Positions 10,349 to 25,041 of a DNA stretch of 64,000 bases are shown here, one piece after another (within the stretch, counting starts at the first letter, position 1; every line of letters starts with the position of its first letter). The DNA lies in assembly GCA_965203275.1 (NCBI GenBank), contig OZ241865.1, forward strand, positions 960,001 to 1,024,000, given 5' to 3'. This DNA comes from Bdellovibrionales bacterium (lineage in GTDB: Bacteria > Bdellovibrionota > Bdellovibrionia > Bdellovibrionales > JAUICD01). The notes under the pieces were generated by a model. The model saw only the letters and a program-made list of their open reading frames with translations. It was not told the DNA's origin and did no database searches. The position numbers and the translations under genes were made by a program.

Positions 10349-11494
10349 TTATATAGTTAAGGGTTGTTTAGTGGTATCTTTGAAATGCTTATTTGGAAGA
10401 CTTCCTTCAAATATGTTTAGAGTGATCACACCTTTATCTTTCGTAATAATATCAAATACAAAATGTAGCGGATTCATATCTTTGCTAATCCAACGCATTT
10501 TTAGAGACATAATAGAATCTGACACAAATTGAATATTATATTTGTAGTTGGTTGTATTGGATTTCCTTTTAAAATTTTGTATATCTTGCTCAAAATAAAA
10601 CATTAAAAATATCTTTTTGTTACCTTTATCTACAGCCGTCATATCAAATATCTCAAATATTTGAAAGTTTCCTTTTAAATCTAATTTGCCTTTGATGTAT
10701 GTTGTAAGATGTGTATGTCCTTTATTGAAAGAGTAGTAAGGCATGGACATCAAAGAACCAGGTTGGGAGTTATTCCAATACTTAAATCCATAAGTAATTT
10801 GCTTTGTTTTATTACCAAGTACTTTAGAGAGTTCGAGAGCCTGTTCAGACATTGTTTTTATAGAATGAAACGTAAATAGCCTTGGAGATGATGTTAGATT
10901 TAATGCAAGAAAAGCTTCTACTTGTGACTTATAATTTTTAAAGTCAATTTGTCTGCTACCATCCATAATGGCTTTTTTAATTTTACGAAACATATCCTTA
11001 GAGATTATATGAACTTCAGTTATTGATCCCTTATTCGTAAAAATGACTCTGAGCTGATCAGGAAGATCTTCTATGTCATCCTCCATATCTGACTGGGACG
11101 GAAGAATAAAGAATTTTTTTTGACCATCCATAACAAGAACTACGTCTTTTATTAAATATTGTTCCATTTCATCTAGAGTATTACTTTTATATGCTAAGTT
11201 TGGATATGCAGTGATTCTTTTATTACCATTATACATACCATACATAAAAAAGTTATTTTTTGTTTTTCGAGATACAGACCATTTAGAAACAATTTGGAAG
11301 TTTCTTCTTAATATATCCACATAGCTTATAATGAGTTTTTCATAGTTTCTTACAGATGTCTGAATGTTTCTAGATCTCAAATAATTTTTATTTTGCTCTT
11401 GAATGCTTTGATAAGATTGGAATCGAGATTTTGTTGTTGTACATCCAATAAAAAGTATCAAAAAAAACAAGAAATAATAATTCAATTTTTTCAT
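10349..11494 (-). CDS. Hypothetical lipoprotein
   Basis: 381-aa ORF, lipobox LFIGC, AAAGGA RBS. Confidence 0.75.
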   Translation of the reverse strand: MKKLNYYFLFFLILFIGCTTTKSRFQSYQSIQEQNKNYLRSRNIQTSVRNYEKLIISYVDILRRNFQIVSKWSVSRKTKNNFFMYGMYNGNKRITAYPNLAYKSNTLDEMEQYLIKDVVLVMDGQKKFFILPSQSDMEDDIEDLPDQLRVIFTNKGSITEVHIISKDMFRKIKKAIMDGSRQIDFKNYKSQVEAFLALNLTSSPRLFTFHSIKTMSEQALELSKVLGNKTKQITYGFKYWNNSQPGSLMSMPYYSFNKGHTHLTTYIKGKLDLKGNFQIFEIFDMTAVDKGNKKIFLMFYFEQDIQNFKRKSNTTNYKYNIQFVSDSIMSLKMRWISKDMNPLHFVFDIITKDKGVITLNIFEGSLPNKHFKDTTKQPLTI

Positions 11495-11580
11495 AATACA
11501 CTATCCTTTTTAAGATAACTTTTTTATCTTAACTTATCTTAACTTCAAGACATTGTCAATAACTGGTATAAGTTTTTCTT

Positions 11581-11667
11581 CCTGAGTTTGATAGCCTGAA
11601 AAAATAAAGTAAAAAATAAAGTTGTGAGATTTCAGTAAGTTATGAGTGCAATAAGATTTTGTGCCAC
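11581..11667 (+). repeat. Family C ~85-bp dispersed repeat
   Basis: CCTGAGTTTGATAGCC...AAAAATAAAGTTGTGAGATTTCA...AATAAGATTTTGTGCCAC; also at 24268, 25889 and (minus) 39955-40025. Confidence 0.85.
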
Positions 11668-11899
11668 GAATTTTTTTGTGAAAAAGTCTGTAGGATTTTT
11701 GACAAAATCTAAAATCCACTTACTCTTAATACCTATAAATAAAGCATTTTTTGTGAAAAAGATCACTAAAATCAATTGTCAAACTTAAGGCCAAAAACTG
11801 CTTCAGTATCACAGATTTTAGCACCACCAGAAACTTCGGCATTGCCATAGAATAATTTAGAAGCAGGTATCAGGGTTCACCATAGCGACAGACAGTGAC

Positions 11900-12520
11900 C
11901 TATAAGTTTGTGTCACGGACAACATCATTGCCATTAACTATAGTATCGGCAAGGAGTACAGCATTGCCAAAAACTTGAGCATAGCCATAGACCTGAGCAT
12001 TATAAGTAACTATAGCATTGCCCCAGACTCTAGCACTGCCAAAAACCTGAGCATTGACAAAGATGATAGCACTGCCAAAGACCATAGCATAGCCATAGAC
12101 CTGAGCCTTGCCAAAGACCTCAGCATCGCCAAAGACTTCAGCATTGTTATAAACCCTAGCACGGCCAAAGACCCCAGCATCGCCAAAGACTTCAGCATGG
12201 CCATAGACCCTAGCATAGTCAGAGACTATAGCATTGCCAGAAACCCTAGCATAACCATAGACCTTAGCATAACGAGAGACCTTAGCATTGTCAGAAACCT
12301 CAGCATGGCCAAAGACTTCAGCATAATCGCAAACAGTAACATTTGGCCCTACATAAGCTGTATCCGCTACATAAGCTGTATTTGCTACAAACCCACCACC
12401 ATTAGCATGGTAACGGCCTTCAATGCCTTCGCCACAAGGTGTGTCTGCTAAAGCAAATACACTTAACGACATACTCAATAAACATGTTGTGATCATCATA
12501 TTTGCATTTATAAAATTCAT
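11900..12520 (-). CDS. Secreted hexapeptide-repeat (left-handed beta-helix) protein
   Basis: More than 20 (V)[YFS]G[NDHY]A.V hexads after HANGGGFVA; ATG 12520 after AAAAGGAG; signal-like N-terminus. Confidence 0.85.
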   Translation of the reverse strand: MNFINANMMITTCLLSMSLSVFALADTPCGEGIEGRYHANGGGFVANTAYVADTAYVGPNVTVCDYAEVFGHAEVSDNAKVSRYAKVYGYARVSGNAIVSDYARVYGHAEVFGDAGVFGRARVYNNAEVFGDAEVFGKAQVYGYAMVFGSAIIFVNAQVFGSARVWGNAIVTYNAQVYGYAQVFGNAVLLADTIVNGNDVVRDTNL

Positions 12521-12574
12521 AAGTTCTCCTTTTTGTTCATGATTTAGAATTAGAAGCTTACACCTAATGAAAAG

Positions 12575-12740
12575 ATATCTTGTTTTCTTAATATTGTAAA
12601 GAAACAAGAGGATCCATTTTCCATGATCTGGGATCTGAGATCTGGGATCCGGCATCCCAGCAACAAGAAGAAAAGAGCTTTTTCCTTAACATTTCACTCA
12701 AAATAAATCATGCCAGAGGCATGATGCATTTTGAGTGAAA
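12575..12740 (-). repeat. Family A fragments, heptamer array and a minimal P1-P4-P1' hairpin
   Basis: GATCTGG repeats 12625-12660; TTTCACTCAAAATAAATCATGCC-AGA-GGCATGATGCATTTTGAGTGAAA at 12692-12740. Confidence 0.8.
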
Positions 12741-12838
12741 TTGAACCAGCTCAAATTAATAGTTTCTAGCTAAGGGTAGGAGGTGAATCTATTTCAAAAA
12801 ATTATTAAAAATTATTACTTTAGGAACATAAAAAGATT

Positions 12839-15859
<3,021 letters not shown>

Positions 15860-16133
15860 TAAAATTATGTACCTAAAATAATTACTTAAAAAATATTCCT
15901 CAGCTAGAAACTACCAATTTGAACTTTTTTTAATTCATAATTCATATTGGTAATTATTTTTCAAATAAAACCAAAGCAAAGTCATATATTTATTTTAAGT
16001 TGTTTACTTTAAGTTTTTTACTTAAAGTTTTTTACTTAAAGTTTCTTACTTAAAGTATGACTAAAAATAAATAAACCAAGCCATTGATTTTACTTGTACT
16101 TACAGACTATTCTCTTCAATTTTCAAAGAACAT

Positions 16134-16210
<77 letters not shown>

Positions 16211-16760
16211 CTCTTCCCTAAAAGCAGACTAACTAATTTAAAGAAGGATGACTCTCTTGCCCTTTTACAAAAGGAAACAAGTAGCCTTTCCCTTAACCTG
16301 TAACAGCTTTTTTCTTTAACAAAATAAGCAACACCTCATTTTGTTACCTCAAAAATTTATGCATTTTGAGTAATGAGGATATTCTTATCTTTTAAACCCT
16401 GTTACAGAAAATGACTTCCTATATCTGCCTTTTATTATAACATCATTTTCTATCAGTTGTGCCTAATAACTCAATAGCTATTTTTTATAATAATACTTCT
16501 TAAATTTTGTCTTTCCCTCAAAATGACCTAACCTCTTGCTATTAGAAAATATGCCAGAGATATGGTGCATTTTAAAGAAAATAAACTTCGCTCTTTCAAA
16601 CCTAAATAGCTAGCTATAATTTTGCCTGTGCAAAAAGGAGACACCTTAATATGAAAGAATTTCAAAATAAGGTGTATTGACCACAAGTCCTTTGTTTCAG
16701 CAAATAAACAATAGGAGGTAATACTTAAACTAAAACAAAGGCTTTTTAAAAGCTCCTTAG

Positions 16761-18284
<1,524 letters not shown>

Positions 18285-18662
18285 AAAAAAACAAAACTTC
18301 TCTTGCGAGAAGTGAAGTTTTTAAAAAATAAATCTTCTGCACAAGCTTTTTACAAACTAGCTATTTAGATTTCAAAGAACGAAAAAATTAACTTTTTAGC
18401 TAATTCTTTAGCCTAAAGTAAAAGAAAAATACAGTCAAACTTTAATTTTGAATAAAATTTAATGCACTGTGACTAGGAAAGAGAGTTTACTGATACAAGT
18501 TTTTGTGGTTTTAGCTTTCTTTTGTTTATTGTTTTATATTCCACATAAGCTTATAAAACTCAAAAAAGTCTAAGCTTACGCATTTGATCTCTTGAACGAA
18601 AAAATCCTCCTAAGGACAAAATGGATCAAGCAAGACAGAAATAAAAAACTCAATAAGGAAGC

Positions 18663-18908
18663 TTGCAAATGCTATCAGATAAAATCATTGATAAAAAAGG
18701 ATATTCTTTTAACAAAGTAACCGATAGCTTTTTTGATCTACAACCTCAGTTGACAACTCGATCGCCCTTACGTTATCCAGGAGGAAAGAGCCGAGCTGTG
18801 TCGGCTATCCTTCCTTATATACCAGCAGGTACAAAAAAAATCTGTTCTCCTTTTTTTGGTGGAGGTTCTTTAGAACTTGCTTTGATGAGTCGTGGCATGA
18901 CAATATAA
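18663..18908 (+). pseudogene. Truncated Dam/D12-class adenine methyltransferase
   Basis: SPLRYPGGKS and SPFFGGGS (motifs X and I) then a stop at 81 aa; no DPPY. Confidence 0.8.
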
Positions 18909-18938
18909 AGCTTTAAGACTTCTAATGTAATGTGAAAA

Positions 18939-19376
18939 TCATGTGGGCTTTTCTTTATCTTTAGCATGTTCTTTTTTCACGTCTTTACCTTTATTGATTA
19001 AAAGCCCATATAATTCATCGAACTTTCGGTCAAATTTCTCTTCCATGGCTTTTATCTGTGTAGGTATATGATTGTATACTTGCTCTCCGATAGGCTTAAT
19101 TGTAGCATCTATATATTCCCTCAAGTTACTCTCTGATTTGTTTACCAATTCTCTTAAGTTACTCTCTGATTTGTTTACTAATTCCCTTAAGTTACTCTCT
19201 GATTTGTTTACTAATTCCCTTAAGTTACTCTCTGATTTGTCGATCCGTTCATTAAAAGATCTAGTCGCTCTATCATAAAACATAAAGCCAATAACAAAGC
19301 CAATAATAGATAGACTTATAATTGTCATTAGGTCTGTAGTTTTAAGTATCTCTAAAATAAAAACTTGCCATCCCAT
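18939..19376 (-). CDS. TM-anchored coiled-coil protein with 33-bp (11-aa) tandem repeats
   Basis: KSESNLRE four times (unit KSESNLRELVN), N-terminal hydrophobic helix, TAGGAGG RBS. Confidence 0.85.
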   Translation of the reverse strand: MGWQVFILEILKTTDLMTIISLSIIGFVIGFMFYDRATRSFNERIDKSESNLRELVNKSESNLRELVNKSESNLRELVNKSESNLREYIDATIKPIGEQVYNHIPTQIKAMEEKFDRKFDELYGLLINKGKDVKKEHAKDKEKPT

Positions 19377-19694
19377 AAAGGACCTCCTATTTGTATCTTA
19401 ACATATATAATAAAAAAAGTTATAATAAAAAAAGTACATCATCATACATTATGATCTAAAGCTAAAGCTTGTCTAGCAAAAAACACAGGAACATACTATG
19501 CAAGGCTTAGTCTGATTAATCAAATTTTTATAGGGTTGGACTTATTCTGTAGCTTTGGCTCTTTAGCTTTAGCTTTGGCATTTAGCAATACCTTCGCAAT
19601 CTCAAGGTAGCCTTCCCATTCTCTGAAATATTCTTGACTTGATAGATGTATGAAATTAGATGATAAGAGATTCAAGGAGGGGAAATTGAAAAAA

Positions 19695-20151
19695 GGAACT
19701 TTTTCCTTAACATGGTATTTATCCGGGATCCGGGATCCGGCAATCAGGCAGACAGGCAAGGATAAGGCGAACTGCTTGTTTCCTTAACATTGTGTAAAAA
19801 AACGAAGAGATCCTTTCTACTAAAAGTGGTCAGGCTTTTGAGGTGATGACCATTTTATCGACGGCGTGAGCCGTCGTGGTCATCACCCAAAAGTGACCAG
19901 AGGTCAGTTTACTTTTAGTGCAAATCAAATGAGGCAATGACCATTTTGTCAAAGGCGAAAAAAGTGAAATAAATAGCTTTTTCCTTAACATCGTGTTAAA
20001 AGAGGAAATGATCCTCCTTACTAAAAGTAAACGGATTTTTGAGGCAATCAGCCTTTGATCGACGGCGTGAGCCGTCGGGCTGATTGCCCAAAAACAGCCA
20101 GAGGCTGGTTTACTTTTAGTGAAACAGAGGTCAGACCACTTTTAGTGAAAA
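19695..20151 (-). repeat. Family A cluster (two full copies, partials, heptamers)
   Basis: Full copies at about 19775-19920 and 19978-20125, P3 loops CGACGGC-GTGA-GCCGTCG. Confidence 0.9.
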
Positions 20152-20207
20152 TAGAATACGTACGGGTAGCCGAAAATCATCGAAATTAGACAATAAAAGG
20201 CCCAAAT

Positions 20208-20894
20208 ATGCAAGTGACAGGTCTTTCTTATACTTATAAAAAGCATTTTAGTTTAAGAGATGTTGATTTAGAGTTAAAGCAAGGACAAGTGGCTTTTCTT
20301 TTTGGTCGCAATGGAAGTGGAAAAACCACTCTCTTTAACTTAATCGCAGGTATTTTAAGGCCTTTATCAGGAGATATCCAAGTTTCTTTAGAATCACTAT
20401 TTTATTTACCTGCTTCTCCTTATTTAGACAATGGTCTTTTAGTCAATGATGTTTATGATATTTTAGGTTGTAATCAAAGTCTTACAAAACAAAATGGAGA
20501 ATGTTTAAAGACAGAGACTTTGCGTTTTAAGTCCATCTCACAAATTTCTTCTGGTGAATACAAGCGAGTTTGGTTGGTGGCTGCTTTAAGTTCAGGTTGC
20601 CAAGTGTTATTACTAGATGAGCCTTTGGTCTATTTAGATTGGCCTTTTCAAAATATTTTGCAAAAATTATTGATTGAAAGATCCCAACAAGGACAGTCTT
20701 TTCTCATTACGACACATAATTTTAATTGGTCTTTAGGCTTTCCAGAGGCTTATGCATGGATTTTGCCCCCTCCCCTCCATAAGTACAGGATGATCGATGC
20801 ATTAAAAAGCAATAAATTTAAAAAAACTTTCCAGTCTGAAACAAAAATAGCCGATAACCCTTTAAACGGGAAAAAAATCCTTATTTTATCTTAA
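20208..20894 (+). CDS. ABC transporter ATP-binding protein
   Basis: GRNGSGKT Walker A, SSGEYKR signature, LLLDEP Walker B, H-switch TTH. Confidence 0.9.
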   Translation: MQVTGLSYTYKKHFSLRDVDLELKQGQVAFLFGRNGSGKTTLFNLIAGILRPLSGDIQVSLESLFYLPASPYLDNGLLVNDVYDILGCNQSLTKQNGECLKTETLRFKSISQISSGEYKRVWLVAALSSGCQVLLLDEPLVYLDWPFQNILQKLLIERSQQGQSFLITTHNFNWSLGFPEAYAWILPPPLHKYRMIDALKSNKFKKTFQSETKIADNPLNGKKILILS

Positions 20895-20969
20895 GTCCTT
20901 AAGTCATCTTTAAGATAGCTTTGTAGGATGTTATTAGGTCATTAAAGGTAAGAAAAGGTAGGAAAGGCT

Positions 20970-22199
20970 ATGTATCAAAATCATCGTAATATGAATAAAA
21001 AAATATTAGGCTTTATTGTATTCTCCATTGCACTGCATGCTTTGATGATCTATGTTATTGCGGAGCAGAATGCTCCTCAGCAGAATATAGAACCTATTGA
21101 GTTTATTGAAAGTCCAGCTCAGGATTTAGTTGAAAAAGAACCTCCTATGAACCCAAAGCTTCAACAGCCTCAAAAAGCAATCCAGAAAAAACCACAACCT
21201 CGATCTTATAAGCCAAAACCTCCTGTCGCTAAACTCCCTCAAAGGCAAAAAGTTCCTCAAAAAAAACAACCCCCTCCACCTCCTCCAAAGACAAATATTT
21301 TAGCTAAATCACCTGCTGTAAAAGTAAAAAGCTCATCAGATATAAAAAAAACTGTGACTCAGACAGAGAATGCTCATTTGGCCAATAAATCTCTTCCTGT
21401 GGAATCAGAGCCTCAACAGATGAACAATGTTTTAGATGAGTTACCTGCTGTCCCTTTAGAGCAGAAAGCTGTGACCCAAACAGACAAATCTATTCCTAGT
21501 GAAGTGATTTCAAACGAGGTTGCTCAATCTGCACCAGATGTACCAGATGAATCTGTAACAGATGCATCTCATTTAGAAGATTCATCTGTGGTTAGAGAAG
21601 AAATACAACAAGCAGAGGAAGAAGCTATGAAAGGTGTAGGCGGACCTGTTCAATATAGTCAAAGTGATATAAACTCTCAAGATCCCAATATGATGGAAAG
21701 TAGAGATTCTCAATTAGAGGCCAAACAAGTAACTTCAAGAGATCGACAAAATAATAGACAAAATAATATAGGATCTTTACAGCCGTCTCATCAACGCCCT
21801 ATACAAAGGACACAAAGACAAAATCTCCCTCACAAAGCTGTGTCTTCAAAAGGTGTTCCATCGCAGTGGAAGGGGCAATCCACAGGTCAACAGCCTTCTC
21901 AAATCAATATTTTAAAGCCTACGAGCTTTAAATATCCTACTGTAAGTCGCCGTTTAAAAGAGGAAGGGAGTGCTGTTTTACGTATATTATTTGATGAACG
22001 AGGGCAACCTCAAAGAGTCGATATTATAGAGTCCACAGGTTCTAATAACCTAGATAGAGCTGCCTTACAAGGTATACGTACCTTAAGAATAAAACCCCTA
22101 GGTCATCCCTTTATTTATGAACTACCCGTTCGTTTTCAGTTAGACTTAAGCGATCATGATCTGAATCAATCGGTCTTTCTGAATGCCAATAATTTCTAA
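20970..22199 (+). CDS. tonB: Energy transducer TonB
   Basis: N-terminal TM with S..LH, Pro/Gln-rich linker, C-terminal YP..SRRLKEEG...LD.AAL TonB_C domain. Confidence 0.88.
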   Translation: MYQNHRNMNKKILGFIVFSIALHALMIYVIAEQNAPQQNIEPIEFIESPAQDLVEKEPPMNPKLQQPQKAIQKKPQPRSYKPKPPVAKLPQRQKVPQKKQPPPPPPKTNILAKSPAVKVKSSSDIKKTVTQTENAHLANKSLPVESEPQQMNNVLDELPAVPLEQKAVTQTDKSIPSEVISNEVAQSAPDVPDESVTDASHLEDSSVVREEIQQAEEEAMKGVGGPVQYSQSDINSQDPNMMESRDSQLEAKQVTSRDRQNNRQNNIGSLQPSHQRPIQRTQRQNLPHKAVSSKGVPSQWKGQSTGQQPSQINILKPTSFKYPTVSRRLKEEGSAVLRILFDERGQPQRVDIIESTGSNNLDRAALQGIRTLRIKPLGHPFIYELPVRFQLDLSDHDLNQSVFLNANNF

Positions 22200-22253
22200 A
22201 AAAATCTAAAAGCCCTTGCTTATGTTATAAAATGGTATTATAATATAATTACT

Positions 22254-22874
22254 ATGAAGTTTTTAATTTTAATATTCTTAAGCATTTTCTTCTGCTCTAC
22301 TTTATCATTTGCAGAAAGCACATTGTTGAAAGTTGTAGGAGTGTCTGCGGGCCATGTTGTGACCAACAGAGACATTGAAATAGACACAATAGTAGAATCT
22401 GTCTTATTTAATACCACTTCTGATGTTATAAATGCTACACCAGCTTATAGAAACCAAGTTTTATTAGAATGGGCTGCCTATACAGAAGCCCACACTTTTG
22501 CTTTAAGTCGAGTTCCTACCTCAGAGGTCAATTCTCAAATGAGAACATTTCTTGCAAAAGTAAAATCAAATGAAAATTTGCATACTCGATGGACAAATCT
22601 ACAACCTTCAAGCTTTGAAATGAGATCTCTTATGAAAAGAAAGCTACGTGCTAAAAAATTTATGCAGTTTAAAGAGCAATCATCCCTAGTACCAACCACA
22701 GATGAAGAGGCTTTAAACTATTATCAAAGACATAAGAATCAATATGAGGACGCTGATTTTTCAGAAGTGAGTGATCAAATAAAGACCATGTTAAGCCAAC
22801 AAAGAGCTAAAAACAGAATAGAGCAGTGGCATCAAACTATGAAAAGTAAACATAAAATACGCTATGGGCTTTAA
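22254..22874 (+). CDS. Secreted protein, SurA/PrsA N-terminal-like
   Basis: Signal peptide, VVT.RDI and TDEEALNYY...F.EV..QIK pattern. Confidence 0.6.
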   Translation: MKFLILIFLSIFFCSTLSFAESTLLKVVGVSAGHVVTNRDIEIDTIVESVLFNTTSDVINATPAYRNQVLLEWAAYTEAHTFALSRVPTSEVNSQMRTFLAKVKSNENLHTRWTNLQPSSFEMRSLMKRKLRAKKFMQFKEQSSLVPTTDEEALNYYQRHKNQYEDADFSEVSDQIKTMLSQQRAKNRIEQWHQTMKSKHKIRYGL

Positions 22875-23065
22875 AATAAAAGATTCTCTTGTATTTTATT
22901 TTCATGGTGAGTATTTTTTACAATGAGAAAATTTATATTTTTGAAAATTTTGACAATGATCATCAAATTTGACTTGTATTATAAAAAAGAGTGTGCTTTT
23001 ATACTATATTGATGTATTATTAAAGTAAGTTCATTCAACAATAACCAATAGGAAGGAATACCATT

Positions 23066-23599
23066 ATGAAAACAAAACCTGCAAAAAAGAAAACAACAAA
23101 AGCAACTGCTAAGAAAACTGAGCAACAGAAGCCTTTGAAAAATCAACTGCAAGATCAACTAAAGGTAAGAAGTGCAGAGCAAAATATTTCTCGTCAAATA
23201 AAAGAAATCACTGCAAAAATTACCCAAATATCTAAAGAAAATCATTGGGAGTATTTACTAGATCATTTAGCCCATGATGAATTGGTACCTCTTTTAAGAG
23301 AGAGAGGCATTAAAGTAAGAAAGGCTTGGATACACTGTCAAGACAGAAAGAAAGAGAGAAGATGGGATATTGATATCTTGACGTATGGCAAAGCAGATAT
23401 GGTTGCAATCAATCTCTATCCTACTTTAGAAGTTGAAGATGTGGACAATTTTATAGATATGATCAAACAATTTCGTAAAGGATCTTCCTTATGTGCTGAT
23501 AGGGCTTTGTATGGGGGAGTGGCTTACTTTTCAACTTATAGACATGTAGAAGTTTATGCAGAAGAACAAGGTTTATTTGTCATACGTGTTCCAGGTTAG
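23066..23599 (+). CDS. DUF3782-like PD-(D/E)xK-fold protein with degenerate active site
   Basis: DIDIL...TLEVEDVDNF...LYGGVAY...YAEEQGLFVIR family pattern. Confidence 0.7.
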   Translation: MKTKPAKKKTTKATAKKTEQQKPLKNQLQDQLKVRSAEQNISRQIKEITAKITQISKENHWEYLLDHLAHDELVPLLRERGIKVRKAWIHCQDRKKERRWDIDILTYGKADMVAINLYPTLEVEDVDNFIDMIKQFRKGSSLCADRALYGGVAYFSTYRHVEVYAEEQGLFVIRVPG

Positions 23600-23634
23600 G
23601 CTTTATCTTATTTAGAAGAAAGGGGAGGTTAAAC

Positions 23635-24255
23635 ATGAAACATTTTGTTTTTTATGCCTTTCTCATGTTGACTTTATCTGGTTGTATGATGGGACTGCGG
23701 ACAAGAGAGCAGATCAAAGATACATCGCAATCCAATCAAGCTTCCTTAGAAGCTAAAAAGTATCAAAAACCAAGTGTTCAAACACAAATTTCTGAATTAG
23801 AAAGCAATATGCGAGAATTTAACGGAAAGCTTGAAACTCTTGAATATAATCTACAAAAACAAAAACAACAACCTACATCTATTTCAAAAGATATTATTGC
23901 TGAAATACGCCAGATCAAATCTCAAATAAGGCAAATTTCTGACAAAGTAGCTACTTTAGAGAAAAATATGTTTATCGCAACAAAAACATCTCCTCAAACC
24001 TTCCATTACTTAGAAGGGGAAGACCTTTTTAAGAAAAGACAATGGCAAGATGCTATTTTAGCTTATCAAAAATATAGAGATCAAAACCCTAATGGAACAC
24101 ACTGGCCTGATGCTACCCTCAAAATTGCCATTTGTTTTCAAGAACTCACATTGATTGAAGAATCTAAAGCTTTCTATACAGAATTAATCAATAAAAAACC
24201 TCAGAGTTCAGAAGCTCAAAAAGCTCAACGACGTCTCCAGCAACTGAAGCTATAG
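23635..24255 (+). CDS. cpoB: Tol-Pal-associated YbgF/CpoB-like TPR lipoprotein
   Basis: Lipobox LSGC, coiled coil, TPR AILAYQKY...P.G...PDA.LK. Confidence 0.8.
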   Translation: MKHFVFYAFLMLTLSGCMMGLRTREQIKDTSQSNQASLEAKKYQKPSVQTQISELESNMREFNGKLETLEYNLQKQKQQPTSISKDIIAEIRQIKSQIRQISDKVATLEKNMFIATKTSPQTFHYLEGEDLFKKRQWQDAILAYQKYRDQNPNGTHWPDATLKIAICFQELTLIEESKAFYTELINKKPQSSEAQKAQRRLQQLKL

Positions 24256-24267
24256 GTTTTACTCAAT

Positions 24268-24555
24268 CCTGAGTTTGGTAGCCTGGCCTGCAAAAGTCTG
24301 CAAAAATAAAGTTGTGAGATTTCAATAGGTTATAAGCACAATAAGATTTTGTGCCACTAGAGGAATATCCCTTCATTTTTTATGTTTATTCCTGGGATCC
24401 GGGATCTGATGCCGGGTTGCCAGATCCCGGATCCCGGATCCCAGATCCCCGATCCCGGATCCCAGACCCCAGATCCCAGATCCCAGATCCCGGATCCCGG
24501 ATCCCAGAGGATCCCAGATCCCGGATCCCAGATCCCGGATCCCAGATTCCCAGAT
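24268..24555 (+). repeat. Family C repeat fused to the largest GATCCCR heptamer array (~18 units)
   Basis: C copy 24268-24360; array 24423-24553. Confidence 0.92.
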
Positions 24556-24582
24556 AGACTCCAGTTCGTTGTTTTATTTTTT

Positions 24583-24798
24583 ATGTCACCATTACAGATC
24601 ACAAGAGAAAGATTATTACAAAAAGGCCTGCAAGAGAGATTGCAAGAAGGATTGCAAAAAGGGCGACAGGAAGAAAAACAAAGTGTCATCTTAAAAATGC
24701 TTAAAAATAATATGGATATTTCGACTATTGCAAAAATCACAGAGTCCACAGAGAACAAAATACGAGAAATACAGAAAAAACTAAACAACCTAAACTAA
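24583..24798 (+). pseudogene. C-terminal remnant of an Rpn/YhgA-like protein
   Basis: QKGLQE.LQEGLQKGRQEEK...KMLK.NMDISTIAKIT tail typical of the Rpn family; no nuclease domain upstream. Confidence 0.65.
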
Positions 24799-25041
24799 AT
24801 ATTATTGTTTGTTGGACAATCTGAAAACATTTACCTCCGAGTTTGTGAATACCTGTAGAGCATGTTATTTCTTTTTTGATTTCTGAAAACATTTACTCTT
24901 CGAGGTTTTGAATAAGGAAAATCCACTGAACCCTTAGTGACAACTGTCTCCTGACCAATATCAAACAACCTAGATATTCACTTATTCTTAATTCACCATT
25001 TATATTCTGTGGAAGATCAGGACACCAGTCTAATTCATAAG

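Noticed and set aside
11975..12451. Antisense or alternate-frame ORFs over repetitive genes (11975, 19072, 40090, 55463, 56455, 56513)
   Set aside because: Shadow frames produced by low-complexity coding repeats on the opposite strand.
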